DNA of 64,000 nucleotides from Octopus sinensis (Eukaryota): NCBI RefSeq assembly GCF_006345805.1, contig NC_043009.1, positions 62,186,001 to 62,250,000 of the forward strand, read 5' to 3'. Shown piece by piece: positions 12,146 to 24,920 of this stretch (position 1 is its first letter; each line of letters starts with the position of its first letter). The notes under the pieces were generated by a model. It saw only the letters and a program-made list of their open reading frames with translations, ran no database searches and was not told where the DNA came from. The position numbers and the translations under genes were made by a program.

Positions 12146-12400
12146 TATAGATAGATAGATTAGTTACGGAATACATTAGAATGTACATGCATCAAAACGT
12201 AGGATGTCAGAAGTGGTTAGGTACCATAACAATGAGTTCACGGTTAGCCAAAACAATTATCAGGGATCATTCGGAGGTAGTATAGTGCAGGAATATTTAT
12301 ATAGGTTATATATAGGTACAACATGCAATATAAAACGTAGATCTGAGCCATGGTTGGTTCCAAGCGTGGCGTTGATATAAAAGAACAGAAATGGGGTTTA

Positions 12401-12650
12401 AAATTTACTACAGCTGTATCAGTAGCCCCTTAATGGTACATTCATACATTGCATCTTGGGATAAATACACCGTTCTCTGGTAAAATTTAAAACAGGTATA
12501 AAGAGGCAAAGCGAAACCTAGATGACCTAATGTTGTTCAATAGGTCATCTAGATTATACCTTGCATGTTTATACATGTTTCAAATTTTATCTGAGGTTGT
12601 AATCTATGAATACGTCATTATAATGCTACTGAAACAGTTGTAGTAAATTT
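12401..12650. repeat. Inverted pair of degenerate hammerhead-bearing repeats (12401-12467 minus, 12582-12650 plus)
   Basis: Both read ..TTTAT-C(T/C)(G/C)A(G/A)G..-TG(T/C)AA..CTACT-GA(A/T)AC-AG(C/T)T-GTA-GTAAATTT. A third copy lies at ~29600-29668. Confidence 0.5.
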
Positions 12651-12717
12651 TAAATTCTATTTGTGTTCTTCTATGGCACACACACACACACACACACAAG
12701 AATACCACATCTAACTT

Positions 12718-12850
12718 CGTATTATTATTGTTATTGTTGTGGGTAAGGGAGATAACTGTTCAGTTTTAGGTAATGGGAGGGGAATATATATCAGTTTTAC
12801 CTAAAACTGAACAGTTATCTCCCCTACCCACAACAATAACAATAATAACG
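12718..12850. repeat. ~55-bp inverted repeat hairpin (MITE-like)
   Basis: 12718-12773 is the reverse complement of 12797-12850 with ~2 differences; 23-nt spacer. Confidence 0.85.
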
Positions 12851-12862
12851 ATAACCAATTAC

Positions 12863-12935
12863 CTTCCTTCATTTATCTACTTGTGAAGTCATTCACTCGT
12901 GAATTTCATCAAACACAACATGGACGAAATTTCTT
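12863..12935 (-). CDS. Candidate upstream exon of the pore-forming-protein gene (5' UTR + ATG AAG GAA G)
   Basis: Acceptor TATTTTTTCTTAAG| at 12936; donor GAAG|GTAATT at 12863/12862. Phase 1 joins to 9840 giving MKEG-KADPKF; in-frame TAA directly precedes the ATG (12872). Weak Kozak context and upstream out-of-frame ATGs. Confidence 0.35.
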
Positions 12936-13087
12936 CTTAAGAAAAAATACATATTCAAATAAGTAAAACATAATATCATGAATAGCGATAGCAAAACCGG
13001 TTGACATACTAAAAATTATATTAAAACTATGTAAATGTGCGTATTTTCCTTTTTTAATTTCTTATATATATATATATATATATAATA

Positions 13088-13134
<47 letters not shown>

Positions 13135-13136
13135 AT

Positions 13137-13278
13137 ACGGGCTTCTTTCAGTTTCCGTCTACCAAATCCACTCACAAGGCTTTGGTTGCCCCGAAGCTAT
13201 AGTAGAAGACACTTGCCCAAGGTGTCACGCAGTGGGACTGAACCCGGAACCATGTGGTTCATAAGCAAGCTACTTACC
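13137..13278 (-). mobile_element. SINE family S2, 5' half
   Basis: Reverse complement of GGCGCGGGAGTGGCTGTGTGGTAAG...GAAAGAAGCCCGT. Confidence 0.85.
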
Positions 13279-13606
13279 ACACAGCCACTCCCGCGCCTAT
13301 TATTAAAAAACAAACAATCAAAAAACTACCTATGTAACTATACTGAAGTTGAAAGATAAATCAAATACATGTAAAAATATATAAAAACCATTCATTAAAA
13401 TAGACATAGAATAATAAATTATTTCAAATGATTTTTGTGTGTGTATGTGTGTGTGTGTGTGTGTTACGTCGTTTTTCGAGTTAAGTCACATATCTAGGAA
13501 CCAATTACAAACGTCAGCCGATGTAGACACACGTACATACATATTAGCGCGCGTGTGTATATCATCCTCTTCCTCCTCTCCTCCTCCTCCTCATCATCAT
13601 CATCAT

Positions 13607-14150
13607 TTAACATCCGTTGTCTATGCTGGCATGGGTTGGACGGTTTGACCAGGGTTGGCAAGCTGGAAGGCTGCACCAGACTCCAGTCTAATTTGGCATG
13701 GTTTCTACGGCTGGATGCCCTTCCTAACGCCAACCACTTCGAGAGTGTAATGGGTGCTTTTACGTACCACCGGCACGCATGCCATTTGCGTGACACAGTA
13801 TCTGCCACGACTGCGATTTTCCTTGATTTCATGGGTCTTCTTCTCAGACACGACATAATGCCACGATCTCGGTCATTCGTGATTGCCTCTGTGAAGCCCA
13901 ACACTTGAAGGGAGCTTTTCATGTGTCACCGGCATCGGCCACTTTGCCACCGTGAGGTCCAACGCTCGAAAATTGCTTTTTACGTGCCAGTTACATGGCA
14001 CCAGCATCAGTCACGACTACAATTTCACTTGTCTTGACTGATCTTCTCAAGCACAGCATATCGCCAAAGGTTTCGGTCACTAGTCATTGACTCTGTGAAG
14101 CCCAAAGTTCGAAGAGCATGCGTCACCATCTTGTCCCATGTTTTCCTGGT
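13607..14150 (-). mobile_element. Retroposon 3' end with RTE-like tail ending in (TGA)n
   Basis: Minus strand GGTTGGCGTTAGGAAGGGCATCCAGCCGTAGAAACC...CGTCCAACCCATGCCAGCAT...TAAATGATGATG, with internal duplicated blocks. Confidence 0.65.
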
Positions 14151-14558
14151 CTACCTCTATCACTGATCCCCTCATAGAGAGAGAAAGAGATGCACACACT
14201 ATAATCGAACTGTAAGAATGAGTGCTCAACGCCACATAGGTGGACAAATATTCTTTATTTGTGGTTTAACAAGGCAACCAATGGTTTCATGTGAGATATC
14301 TTCACAATTGTTGAAAGGTACCTCATGCAAATGTTGGTACTCGTCTACATTTGTAATGAGAATACACGAGTATTCGTAATTTTTCGTGCGTTAATCCAAA
14401 ATGGAGACGAACACCGATGTTCTATGTGATAAGCTTGATTATTGTTGAGATATTCCTTAACATGAAACTAATGATAGCATTAGTACACAAATACTGTGTA
14501 TATATATGTGTGAGTGTGTGTGTGCGTGTGTGTGCGTGTATGTGTGTGTGTGCGTGCG

Positions 14559-14614
<56 letters not shown>

Positions 14615-14924
14615 AATAAAAATTTTTTGAAAAAGGACCTAAATTTGAAAAATTCTTTACTTATATATTTACTTATATACCAAACTAGTTTCAACAATAT
14701 TTTTTGTTTATCCATGGTAAAAAATATGAATTAGAAAAGCATCTTTAAAAGTTTCAATGTTGACAAGTTTTGAATATTCATAACAGACAAATTTAGAATT
14801 ATGAATTAGAAAAACATGTTCAAAAATTTCGATATTGACAAGTTTAAATGTTCATAACAGTCAATAATATTAAAACTGTTCATCAATTTTTTTCACTACA
14901 AACGTATATATATATATATACACG

Positions 14925-15030
14925 ACGGCCTTCTTTCAGTTTCCGGCTATAGTGGAGGTCACTTGGCTAAGGTACTACGCAGTGGGACTGAACCCAGAAC
15001 CACATAGTCCGAAAACAAATTTCTCACCCC
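14925..15030 (-). mobile_element. SINE family S2 fragment
   Basis: CTTCTTTCAGTTTCC...CGCAGTGGGACTGAACCC. Confidence 0.7.
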
Positions 15031-15424
15031 ACAATCACATAAGTATGCATGATTGTATGTTTGTATGTATGTGTTTGTGTGTATTTTGTGCTCGTGTGTT
15101 TGTGTATGCAAATTAATGCACGCCTACACGACCGTACATACATACACATATACATACCTACATAAAGCATATGTATATATTGACTTCTATTTGATAGGAA
15201 AGATAAAACTGGCATGAATGTTCGGGAAAGGAAAATGAAAGGAAACAAAGTAAATATTTTTTTCTAATTATTGGTGCTATCAACTGGAGAATATGTAATT
15301 AGCGATTCATTTCTGCTAATGGTATGTTAATGATTATGAATTCTGTCTGCTGCTGTTGCGAGATGAATATGCTATTAGGGAACTATATTCGAAAATTAGG
15401 ACATTCTCTTATTCGATATAACAG

Positions 15425-15427
15425 TTA

Positions 15428-15485
<58 letters not shown>

Positions 15486-15564
15486 TGTAGTAGTAGTAGT
15501 AGCAGTAGTAGCAGTAGTAGTAGTAGTTGTAGTAGTAGTAGTTGCTGTTGTAGTAGTAGTAGTT

Positions 15565-15601
<37 letters not shown>

Positions 15602-15624
15602 AAGTAGTAGTAGTAGTAGTTGTT

Positions 15625-15655
<31 letters not shown>

Positions 15656-15704
15656 GGTAGTAGTAGTAGTAGTAGTAGTTGTTAGTTGTTAGTTGTAGTG
15701 TAGT

Positions 15705-15745
<41 letters not shown>
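15425..15745. repeat. (AGT)n microsatellite
   Basis: ~320-bp imperfect trinucleotide run. Confidence 0.95.
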
Positions 15746-15756
15746 ATTTAAATCTT

Positions 15757-16078
15757 AGGCCGTGAAGGTGCGTGGCTTAGTGGTTAGGGTATTCGACTCA
15801 CAGTCTTATAATCATGAGTTCGATTCCCGGCGGTTAGTTGTGTCCTTGAGCAAGATACTTTATTCCACGTTGCTTCAGTCGCCTTAGCTGGCAAAAATGA
15901 GTTGTTTTTCAAAAGGTCAGCCTTGTCGCATGCTCTGTGTCTCGCTGAATCTCTCTGAGAACTACGTTCAGGCTACGCGTGCTTGTAGAGTGCTCAGCAC
16001 GTTAATTTCACGTGCAGGCTGTTCCGTTTATTGGGTCAGCTGGAACACTCGTCGGTCGTAACTGACGGAGTGCCATCC
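15757..16078 (+). mobile_element. tRNA-headed SINE with GTGTCCTTGAGCAAGA core
   Basis: A box TGGCTTAGTGG, B box GTTCGATTCC; tail shared with family S3. Confidence 0.7.
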
Positions 16079-16099
16079 CTAGTTTTACCACAGGGGCAA

Positions 16100-16320
16100 C
16101 CTTTGTTTCAGTCACTGGACTGCAGCCTTGATGGGGCACCACCTTGAAGGGTTTTGGTCGAAGGAATCGACCCTCAACACTTATTTTTTAAAAGGCCTGG
16201 TATTTATTCTACCAGTCCCTTTTTGCCGAACCACTAAGTTATGGAGACGTAAACAAACAGACATTGGTTGTGAGGTGGTGGTGGTGATGATGAACAAATA
16301 CAAAGAGAAAAGTGAAGACA

Positions 16321-16362
<42 letters not shown>

Positions 16363-16381
16363 CACCACACGCACACACACA

Positions 16382-16421
<40 letters not shown>

Positions 16422-16590
16422 GACGGGTTTCTTTCAGTTTCTGCTCACTAAATCCACTCACAAAGCTTTTCTCGGTTGAGGGCTATACCAGAAGATACTT
16501 GCCCCAGTTGCCTCGCAGTGGGATTCAATCTGGAACGATGTGGCTGGAAGCAAAATTTTTTGCACACGGCTAAACCTGCAAGCTAAAACT
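16100..16590 (-). mobile_element. SINE family S2, diverged, with internal (CA)n
   Basis: Matches the reverse complement of 58013-58435. Confidence 0.75.
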
Positions 16591-16765
16591 ATTTTTGTGC
16601 GGAGGGTCAAATGTAAGGCTGACTTAAGTGGAATTTGAACTCAGACTGTAAAATACCGTAATACATACCACTCTTCATGCTGTCCAAACTTGTATGTTTT
16701 CTAAGAAAGCACCACCCTAATAATAATAATAATAATAACAACAATGATAATAATAATAATAAGTT

Positions 16766-16962
16766 TGGTACAAGGCCAGCAATTTCGGGAAAAGGATAAG
16801 TTCATTCTATCAACCCCACTGTCCAACTGGTACTCATTTTATCGACTCCGAAAGGATGAAAGGCAAAGTCGTCCTCGACGGAATTTGAATTCAGAATGTA
16901 AAGACAAACGAAATGGTGCTAAGTATTGTGCCCGGAGTGCTAACGATTCAACCAGCTTGCCG
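16766..16962 (-). mobile_element. SINE family S1
   Basis: GAAAGGATGAAAGGCAAAGTCG...GCTAACGATTC. Confidence 0.8.
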
Positions 16963-17361
16963 AGTTACAACGATTAGACGCGATATAAAAATGCAAATAA
17001 CGTAGAATAGAGGCTTACAATGATATATGAGCGGACAGGAGCAAGATGAAATGAAGTGTTAGCTCAAGAACACTACACATCACACGGTCCAGGAACAGAA
17101 ATTACAACCTTATGATCATGAATCCAAGACCCTAAACACTAAGCCTCCACATTCTGGGCTGAAAGCGCGCTTTTAATTGATTTTTACTGCTACATATATA
17201 GCTGTTGGTCCGTCTACATTGGAAGCTGAGTTTTGAAGTCTTACTGCCCGTGCCTTCCACAGTTCTGATATTGTTTTGTGGTTATGGATTCAAAAGGACT
17301 TGTAACTCCAACTAGCTGCACGTCACCGAAAATTACGTCAATACTAACCACAGTTAGGTTA

Positions 17362-17672
17362 AGTGGAGGCACATGGCCTCGTGGTTAGAGCAGCGGACTC
17401 GCGGTCGAGGGATCGCGGTTTCGAATCTCAGACCGGGCAATGTGTGTGTTTATGAGCGAAACACCTAAGCTCCACGCAGGCTCCGACAGAATGTAATGGC
17501 GAACTTCTGCTGACTCTTTCGCCACAACTTTCTCTCACTCTTTCCTCCTGCATCTTGCAGCTCACCTGCGACAGACCGGCGTCCCGTCCATGTGGGGAAC
17601 CTATACGCCAAGGAAACCGGGAAACCGGCCCTTATGAGCCAGGCATGGCTCGAGAAGGAACAAAAAACAAAA
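17362..17672 (+). mobile_element. tRNA-Arg-like SINE family S3 with 12-bp TSD
   Basis: GGAGGC..TGGCCT.GTGGTTAG.GCAGCGGACTCGCGGTC head; ACAGTTAGGTTA at 17350-17361 and 17673-17684. Confidence 0.85.
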
Positions 17673-18037
17673 ACAGTTAGGTTACCTCCTCTCACAGCCT
17701 CTGGATAGATTGAAGTAGGCTGGCACCTGTTTTGTGGAAAAAATGCCATTAAGCTTTAGTCCTTTCAGAAAAAAATATTCTGTTCTTAGGACTTTTTTGT
17801 ATAAAAGAATATTTGTGAAGGATAACGCATATTTTAATTCTTGTTTCCATTTGTCCCTGTGTGTGTGCATGATCATTGATGTGGTTGATATTTCTACTCG
17901 AGATATTCAAACTGGATGTTAAAAACATTGGCCTCTCTTTTTTTTTTTTTGTTGTTCATGATTCCCTTTAATATTTTGCCTCGTAATTAAAATATTATGT
18001 TTGTTTCTCTCTCCCACACACCAACACACACACACAC

Positions 18038-18089
<52 letters not shown>

Positions 18090-18199
18090 GTTGAAAAGGA
18101 AATTCTGTTGCATTTTGAGAAATGCTTATTGGTTTTAATTGATATTCTTCATCAATGTATCTTACTTCATTATCGATTACATAATCTCATTTAATTGGC

Positions 18200-18700
18200 A
18201 AATTCGTCGTCGGGCATAAAATTCCCCAGATTTTGAAGCAGATAAATATTCAATACCATTTTGGGAAAGGTAATAAGTGCCTTCATGCATACCGTTTCCT
18301 GATATCTTTTACCACTTTGTCCTTTAGGAATATACAGTTACTGTGTAGTGTCTGGTGTGTTTTCCTCGTAGATTTCTTGTTTACAGAATCTGGTTTTGTC
18401 CCATTCCAATTCAATAGCACAAAGCTATATGTTACGGCTGGCATGGCAAGTATGTTGATCACACAGATAATGCCCTTTTCATTGAGATGAGTTTTTAATA
18501 ACTTTTTTTTTTCACTTCTTCAGAATATTGAAATATTGTATTCGGACACTTTTCACACAGTTTTATTCTCATCTGTGTCCCAATATTTGTAGATAGGGAA
18601 ATTGTCCAGCTTCTTTATTAACTCCCCTTCCTCAATTTCCAAATCATCCATTTCACCGCTTTTTCTGACTCATTTTATTGTCAGATGTTTGTTTTCAACC
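18200..18700 (-). pseudogene. RLE-clade (R4-like) LINE RT C-terminal fragment
   Basis: Minus translation ..YKYWDTDE..KLLKTHLNEKGIICVINILAMPAVTYSFVLLNW, resembling LN..NKI.AIN..AVPV.TYSFGI..W. Confidence 0.6.
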
Positions 18701-18949
18701 AAATTAATATAACCCCACCCCCACCCCCAAAAAAACAAAACAAAACAAAAAAAGCAAAAAAACTATCAGTTAATTACAAACTAGAATTTAATGTATCTGA
18801 ACTTGTTTAACCAGCATCATAGTGAAAGTATGAATATCATTAGAATTCAAATAAGTAACCGCGAATAAAGGAGTTCTGGTTATTGCGATCGAGTAACTGC
18901 ATAACCAGGGATGTGGTTATATATGAGAAACTTTGTTACAGTCTGCTTG

Positions 18950-20330
18950 GATTACAAAAGAAGCATTTGATTTTGTTCCCTACGTGGGGATGCTAAATGC
19001 TCGTTGGCTTGTTAAAGATTCAGAGACAATAATGGTTCATCCTGGAACACAATTCTTCAGTCGAATAAAGAATAAAATTGTTTTTATTCCCCACATCTTT
19101 TTTGTAGATGATTCACAGCATATAACATTTCCTCAACTGTACTGACAAGAATTCACTAAGGACAAAAAGCATTATAGACAAGTTTACACAGCTGGAAACT
19201 TTAACATCAATAATAACAATAACAGAGAGAGACTTAAGATCAATGCAGAGAGCATTTCCTTGTCCAACGATGTTGTCTAACAACATCTGTTCAATAACAA
19301 TCGCAAAATGGAATACATCAACCAAATGCTCAAAAGTAAAGAGAACAGAATCTTATAGGTCGGTGATAAACTCCCCAACAAATACTCACTGCCCAATGAA
19401 TTATGCGATCTTGGAATTTCTGAACTAAGGTACTCCATCAAAGATTTGGAAGAGAAACACTCTGTATCCTAAGAAAAGGTTATATTAATATCGGTTTCAA
19501 ATTTTGTCACAAGGCCATAAATTTCGGGAGAAGTGATAATTTGATTACGTTGACCCCAGTGCTCAAATGGTATTTATTTTATCGACCCCGAAAGGATAAA
19601 AGTCAAAGTCGGCCTCGGCGGAACTTGAACCTAGAACGTAAAGACGAGATGCCACAGAGCATTTTGCCAACCGTGCTAACTATTCTGTCTGCTCCCCATC
19701 TTAGATAATGCTAATATCAAAATGAAGAAAAATCTCTCTTGGACTCGTAATCGTTACATGTCATATTTCAAAGGTTACGCTTTTGAAATCCGAGAGCAGG
19801 GACTAGTTACGAAATATTCAAGCATTAAAAAAGAGGGAAGCGCTTAAACCTCCCAAATGCTACTGAAAGGCCGATTATGACACATTTTTATAGATAGTAT
19901 TAAACATGTTTTGAGCATCTGTCCCAAAATGTCATCAAAGAACTACTTCTCATTGCAGTATGATGTTGTTGCCAAAACAACATACAACGGCATTCACAAA
20001 AACGACTCCCTTAGGATAAATATTAACCATGTCCTTGTAATAGAATACATGCATATGTATATCGACACTCCCATCAAAACTTTCAGAAAATATAAACATA
20101 ACAGGCCTGATACGGTTGGTTGGGACCGAAAAGAAAATTCATATACTCTCTTAGAGGTCAAATGCCCTGCAGATATGAATATTTATTTCCAAATCAATGA
20201 AAATGTGGACATTTATAGGAAACTTGCAGCTACGAAACCTTCAGCTTCTCTACTCTGATTACAAATTAACATCTATGCTAATAATTAAAGGTTATGTTAG
20301 TAAATGCTTAAGTGACAAAAGAGCTGACAG
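18950..20330 (+). pseudogene. RLE-clade LINE relic (RT end + restriction-like endonuclease), interrupted by a SINE
   Basis: ..GYAFEIREQ..KHVLSICP..YDVVAK..KHNRPDTVGWDRKE..LLEVKCPADMNI; many stops. Confidence 0.7.
19500..19698 (-). mobile_element. SINE family S1 inserted in the RLE relic
   Basis: TTTATCGACCCCGAAAGGATAAAAGTCAAAGTCGGCCTCGGCGGAAC. Confidence 0.8.
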
Positions 20331-20465
20331 AAAAATATACAGGGCTTCCTTGTTTAGTAAGTTGTACTTATCGTCTTTGTAGTCCAAATACGAGTGATAG
20401 AAATTAGTTTCATTTTTAGAAACCAACCCCTTCTTTATTGGAAGGATTCAAATAATCTTTTCTGC

Positions 20466-20607
20466 TCTAGGCACAAGGCCCGAAATTTTGGGGGTGGAGG
20501 ACAGGTGGTTAGATCGACCCCTGTACGCAACTGGTAACTTAATTTATCGACCCCGAAAGGATGAAAGGCAAAGTCGACCTCGGCGGAATTTGAACTCAGA
20601 ACGTAAA
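20466..20607 (-). mobile_element. SINE family S1, 5'-truncated
   Basis: GGCACAAGGCC...GAAAGGATGAAAGGCAAAGTCGACCTCGGCGG. Confidence 0.8.
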
Positions 20608-20780
20608 GGAAGGATTCAAATAATAAATTAAATATAACAGACTCACACATATGAATATATGCTTATATTTCTATGAATTTGATGCACTCGAAATTCTAAT
20701 GTCAAGAAACAGCTTCTTGCTCTATTGGTGAGAAATTTGAAAGATAAAACCAAAATACACACAGACACACAGACACACAG

Positions 20781-20812
<32 letters not shown>

Positions 20813-21064
20813 ACACATACACACACACACACATACACACACATACACACACACACATAAACACACACACATACACACACATAAACACACACACATACAC
20901 ACATAAACATACATGTGTGTATACGTGTATATATATATATGTTTATGCATATATACATAAAATATAATATATATCATAGATACATATAATATATATATAT
21001 AATAAATGTATGTACATAAGTATGTTTATGTGTATGTGAATGTGTGTATATGTGTGTGTATGTA

Positions 21065-21126
<62 letters not shown>

Positions 21127-22104
21127 ATACAAATATAACGGGAAAATATGATTTAAAGTGAAACATCTCCATGAGAAATACGTGACAGATGACGTTGCAC
21201 AGTAAATGGCCGTCCATATTGTTCATAATGAGAGAAGAAGACAGACATATTTAGATATGACTATTGTCCGAATTTATGCATAATGCATGATATTATTCGA
21301 TTTATTCGTAATAATCCCCAAGTTGCCTTGCATGAAATCCCTATGCAACTTTATTAACCAAACAGTTTTGTCCCCTAAGGGCTTCAATTTCTATAACAAC
21401 AGTAGCTTTATGTTAATATTTAAATGCAGGTTTGTTTTGCTATGCCGTCATAACGAGGCTCTCTCTTCAAAGTTATCGGAAGTTTCCCCAGATCTCCTGT
21501 TTCTGCAACATAGGGGTGAATCAACAGGTTTAAATGCATAATTTATAGAGTTTTCTTTCTGTGTTGTTTTATTTGGATTCGCTGTAAATAAAACTTGTTT
21601 CTATGGCCATATATTTATATGGGAGTATTGTCTATAAAGAATTGTTGTGCGTAGGTGAGATGTGTAATGGGTGAGATATAGAAATGAGTGGTGTATATGA
21701 AAGGAGTGGCGTATATAGAAGTTCTTTGTATCTAGGCGTTGGGTGTATTCTTGTGGTATGATTTATATAGAAGGGTGTAGATAATATCGGTGTGTATGGG
21801 AATACTGTACATATGAGTACAGGAATACTGTACATATGAGTACAGTGACTGGTATGAATATTAACTATATGTAAGGTGCGGTGCATACGGAACAGGATAT
21901 AAAGTTAATGTTGGTTAATTCAGATTATATAGTTCATACATTGTTTTATGATCCCCAGAAAGAATTACGTTTCACAGGCGCCCAGAAGAATTGAAGAGAA
22001 AACCTGTTCCACTAGGGAAAAACATTGCAGTTCGTTCCAGAACTCTACCGCTTCTGCTATTTCAGTGCTTCTGTTGTATACATTAGACATATTGTGTTTA
22101 TTGA

Positions 22105-22270
22105 GGCAGAATCGTTAGTACATCGGACAAAATGCTTTGCAGTATTTCTTCCGACCTTACGTTCTGAGTTCCAATTCCGCCAAGGTCAACTTTGCCTTTC
22201 ATCAGTTAGGGGTCGATAAAATAAAGTACTTGTTGAACACTGGGGCTGATGTAATCGTTTAATCTCCTTC
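22105..22270 (+). mobile_element. SINE family S1, diverged
   Basis: GGCAGAATCGTTAG...ACTTTGCCTTTCATC. Confidence 0.7.
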
Positions 22271-23124
22271 AGGAAAATTACAGAGAGTTAATTAGATATA
22301 GCTTTCGTTTTAAATTAAGGTTTAAGGACATATTTATTCAAATTAAGCTACAGGACAATATGTCACATATTTATTCAAATTAAACTATATAACAATATTA
22401 CATTTCCAAAGGATAACTACAAAAAGTAATATAAAATGAAACAAACTCATGGAATTTGAATACGGAAATAGGATGCTTGAAAATAATGAAGCTGGTTGAA
22501 TGCCATCCAACCCTTGCATGAAGAAGAATTCATATGCACAGCGATAAAATCTTAAGCGTGTTCAATAGAAAGCTTTGCATTATTTGTTCAAAGTCTGTCT
22601 TTCATCTGTTGAGGATTGATTAAAAAACAAAAAAAAAAGAAAGAAAAAAACAAGAAACAAACAAACGAAAAATAAAATAGTTGATCGGTCGAACAGCAGG
22701 AACGTTCGATCAGCTGCTCTATCGTAGTGATCTCGGTTCTTTGCGTTCTGAGTTCAAATCCCAGCATAAATCATACTTGATTGGTAAATTTCATCTCTCG
22801 TCCAGTTTAACACCATCACTGTCACCTTGAGTGTCTTTAGCTGCGTTCACCCTCGTACAAGTGTTCGACCCAGGTCTCCTTGCTCACAAACGATCCTTGT
22901 GAACAATAACGTTTCTCGTATGTTCCATTTTCTATCTCTATCATTTGTTAAATACTCGACCAACACTGAGAAACTCTTGAGGTAGATCCAACGAGAATTA
23001 TGCAAATACCGTGGATGACGTCACTGAGCCATAGGCAGTGAATGTGCTTCATACGCTAACAATTATGTATGTATGTTGTTTTTATAAATATGAATGAAAT
23101 AAAAATTAAAAAATATATATATTT

Positions 23125-23346
23125 CTTTACTACCCACAAGTAAATACAGAGGAGACAAACAAGGACAGACTAACGGATTAAGTCGATTACATTGACTCCA
23201 GTGCTTAACTGGTACTTAATTTATCGACCCCGAAAGGATGAAAGGCAAAGTCGACCGCGGCGGAAGTTGAACTCAGAACGTAACAGCAGGCGAAATACGG
23301 CTACGCATTTCACCCGGCGTGCTAACGTTTCTGCCAGCTCACCGCT
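23125..23346 (-). mobile_element. SINE family S1
   Basis: Full-length reverse complement of the 6014 copy. Confidence 0.85.
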
Positions 23347-23559
23347 GGCAATAACAATATATAAGCAATAACAAGGGGATATAAAAGGAACCATATGTAT
23401 ATGTATAAATATAAAATATGTTAAATATATTCTTTTATTCTTTTACTTGTTTCAGTCATTTGACTGCGGCAATGCTGGAGCACTGCCTTTTGTCAAACAA
23501 GTCGAACCCAGGACTTATTCTTGTAAGCTTAGTACTTATTCTATTGGTCTCTTTTGCCG

Positions 23560-23740
23560 AAGCGCTAAGTTACGGGTACATTTTTTTCATTCTCTCTCTG
23601 TTAATTTTCTCTTATTCCTTTCTGTTGTGCGTAGGCTCGAAACGGGAAAGACATTTTCCCGAGTTTCAAACTGATACACTTGCTTGTTGTTCATACAACT
23701 GTCTTCGGCTTTAGTTTTTCTGTAAATTTCAACTATGTAA
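23560..23740 (+). mobile_element. Family B short element with damaged hammerhead (23617-23652)
   Basis: CCTTT-CTGTTG-(deletion)-TGCGTAGGCTC-GAAACG; ends AAATTTCAACTAT. Confidence 0.55.
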
Positions 23741-23868
23741 AATATATGCACACACACACCACACACAACACACACACACACACATAAATGTCGAACAATA
23801 AAAATGCGTGCTCAACACTGCATTGCTGGTTATAATTCATGAAGCCAATGATAGCCTTAATTCTCATA

Positions 23869-23918
<50 letters not shown>

Positions 23919-24267
23919 TAGTATGGTTATCTCAAATTAATGAGCCGAAATTGCGAAGATGACCGTTTTTGACTGAAGATCGAAGGCTTCGAATGTCCCG
24001 TTCGTTTTTTTTTGTATCGTCTTCTTGTCCCATTTGTGTTTTTTATATTTATCCTATATATCTATATATATATAATATATATATATATATATAATATATT
24101 TATATTATATATATATAACACCTTCCACGCTGCAATTATATATATATACTATATATACATACATACACACACACACATATATATATATATATGTATATTG
24201 TATATATGTGTGTGTGTTGTATATTTATATATCTATACACATATATATATGTATATGGTATATATAA

Positions 24268-24306
<39 letters not shown>

Positions 24307-24629
24307 ATATATATATATATATATATATATAATAATATATCATATAAATACTTATAATTGGAGGTTATAATCATTAAAATGAATATATCAGTGGCCACGT
24401 ATAAAAGAACTGATACGGTATACATGTAATGTATGTATGTATGTATGTATGTATGTATGTATGTATGTATGTATGTATGTATGTATATATATAGGTATGT
24501 ATGTATGTATGTATGTAAGAACGGGAATGGAAAAATTTACAGACATATTTGGATACATGTATAAACATGTTTAAGATACCAGTCCAATTAATATATCCGA
24601 AAATACATGTATATATATATATATATATA

Positions 24630-24920
24630 TATGGCCTTAACATCTAATTCAGAATCCATTCAACGCTGGAGTCGCGATCTATACGCCCCCTACCCGGTTC
24701 AAACTCACAACACAAATAGACTGCAACACAGTTCTATTTCCTCGTCAGGCCCTGCTCTATTTGATATCGTCCCAAAACTAAATCAGAAAGAAAACAAGAT
24801 CCTATCACTTCAAACGCTACCTGGATAAATTTCTGTAAGGGATATCGGATAGGTCACCTCTACGCGGATAGATACATTCCAGTCAGAAACAACTCCCTAA
24901 ATGAATGGGCCACAATACGT
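24630..24920 (+). pseudogene. CR1-clade LINE 3' end fragment
   Basis: RLQHSSISSSGPALFDIVPK..TFKRYLDKFL..NNSLNEW; frameshifted. Confidence 0.65.

Noticed and set aside
17365-17440. tRNA-Arg(TCG)-like sequences (also 46840-46911, 51262, 60370)
   Set aside because: A/B boxes are present, but there is no proper acceptor stem and each continues into a SINE body.
18387-18449. Apparent 63-bp plus-strand exon (AG..GTATGT)
   Set aside because: The opposite strand encodes an RLE LINE RT fragment (INILAMPAVTYSF), which explains the sequence.
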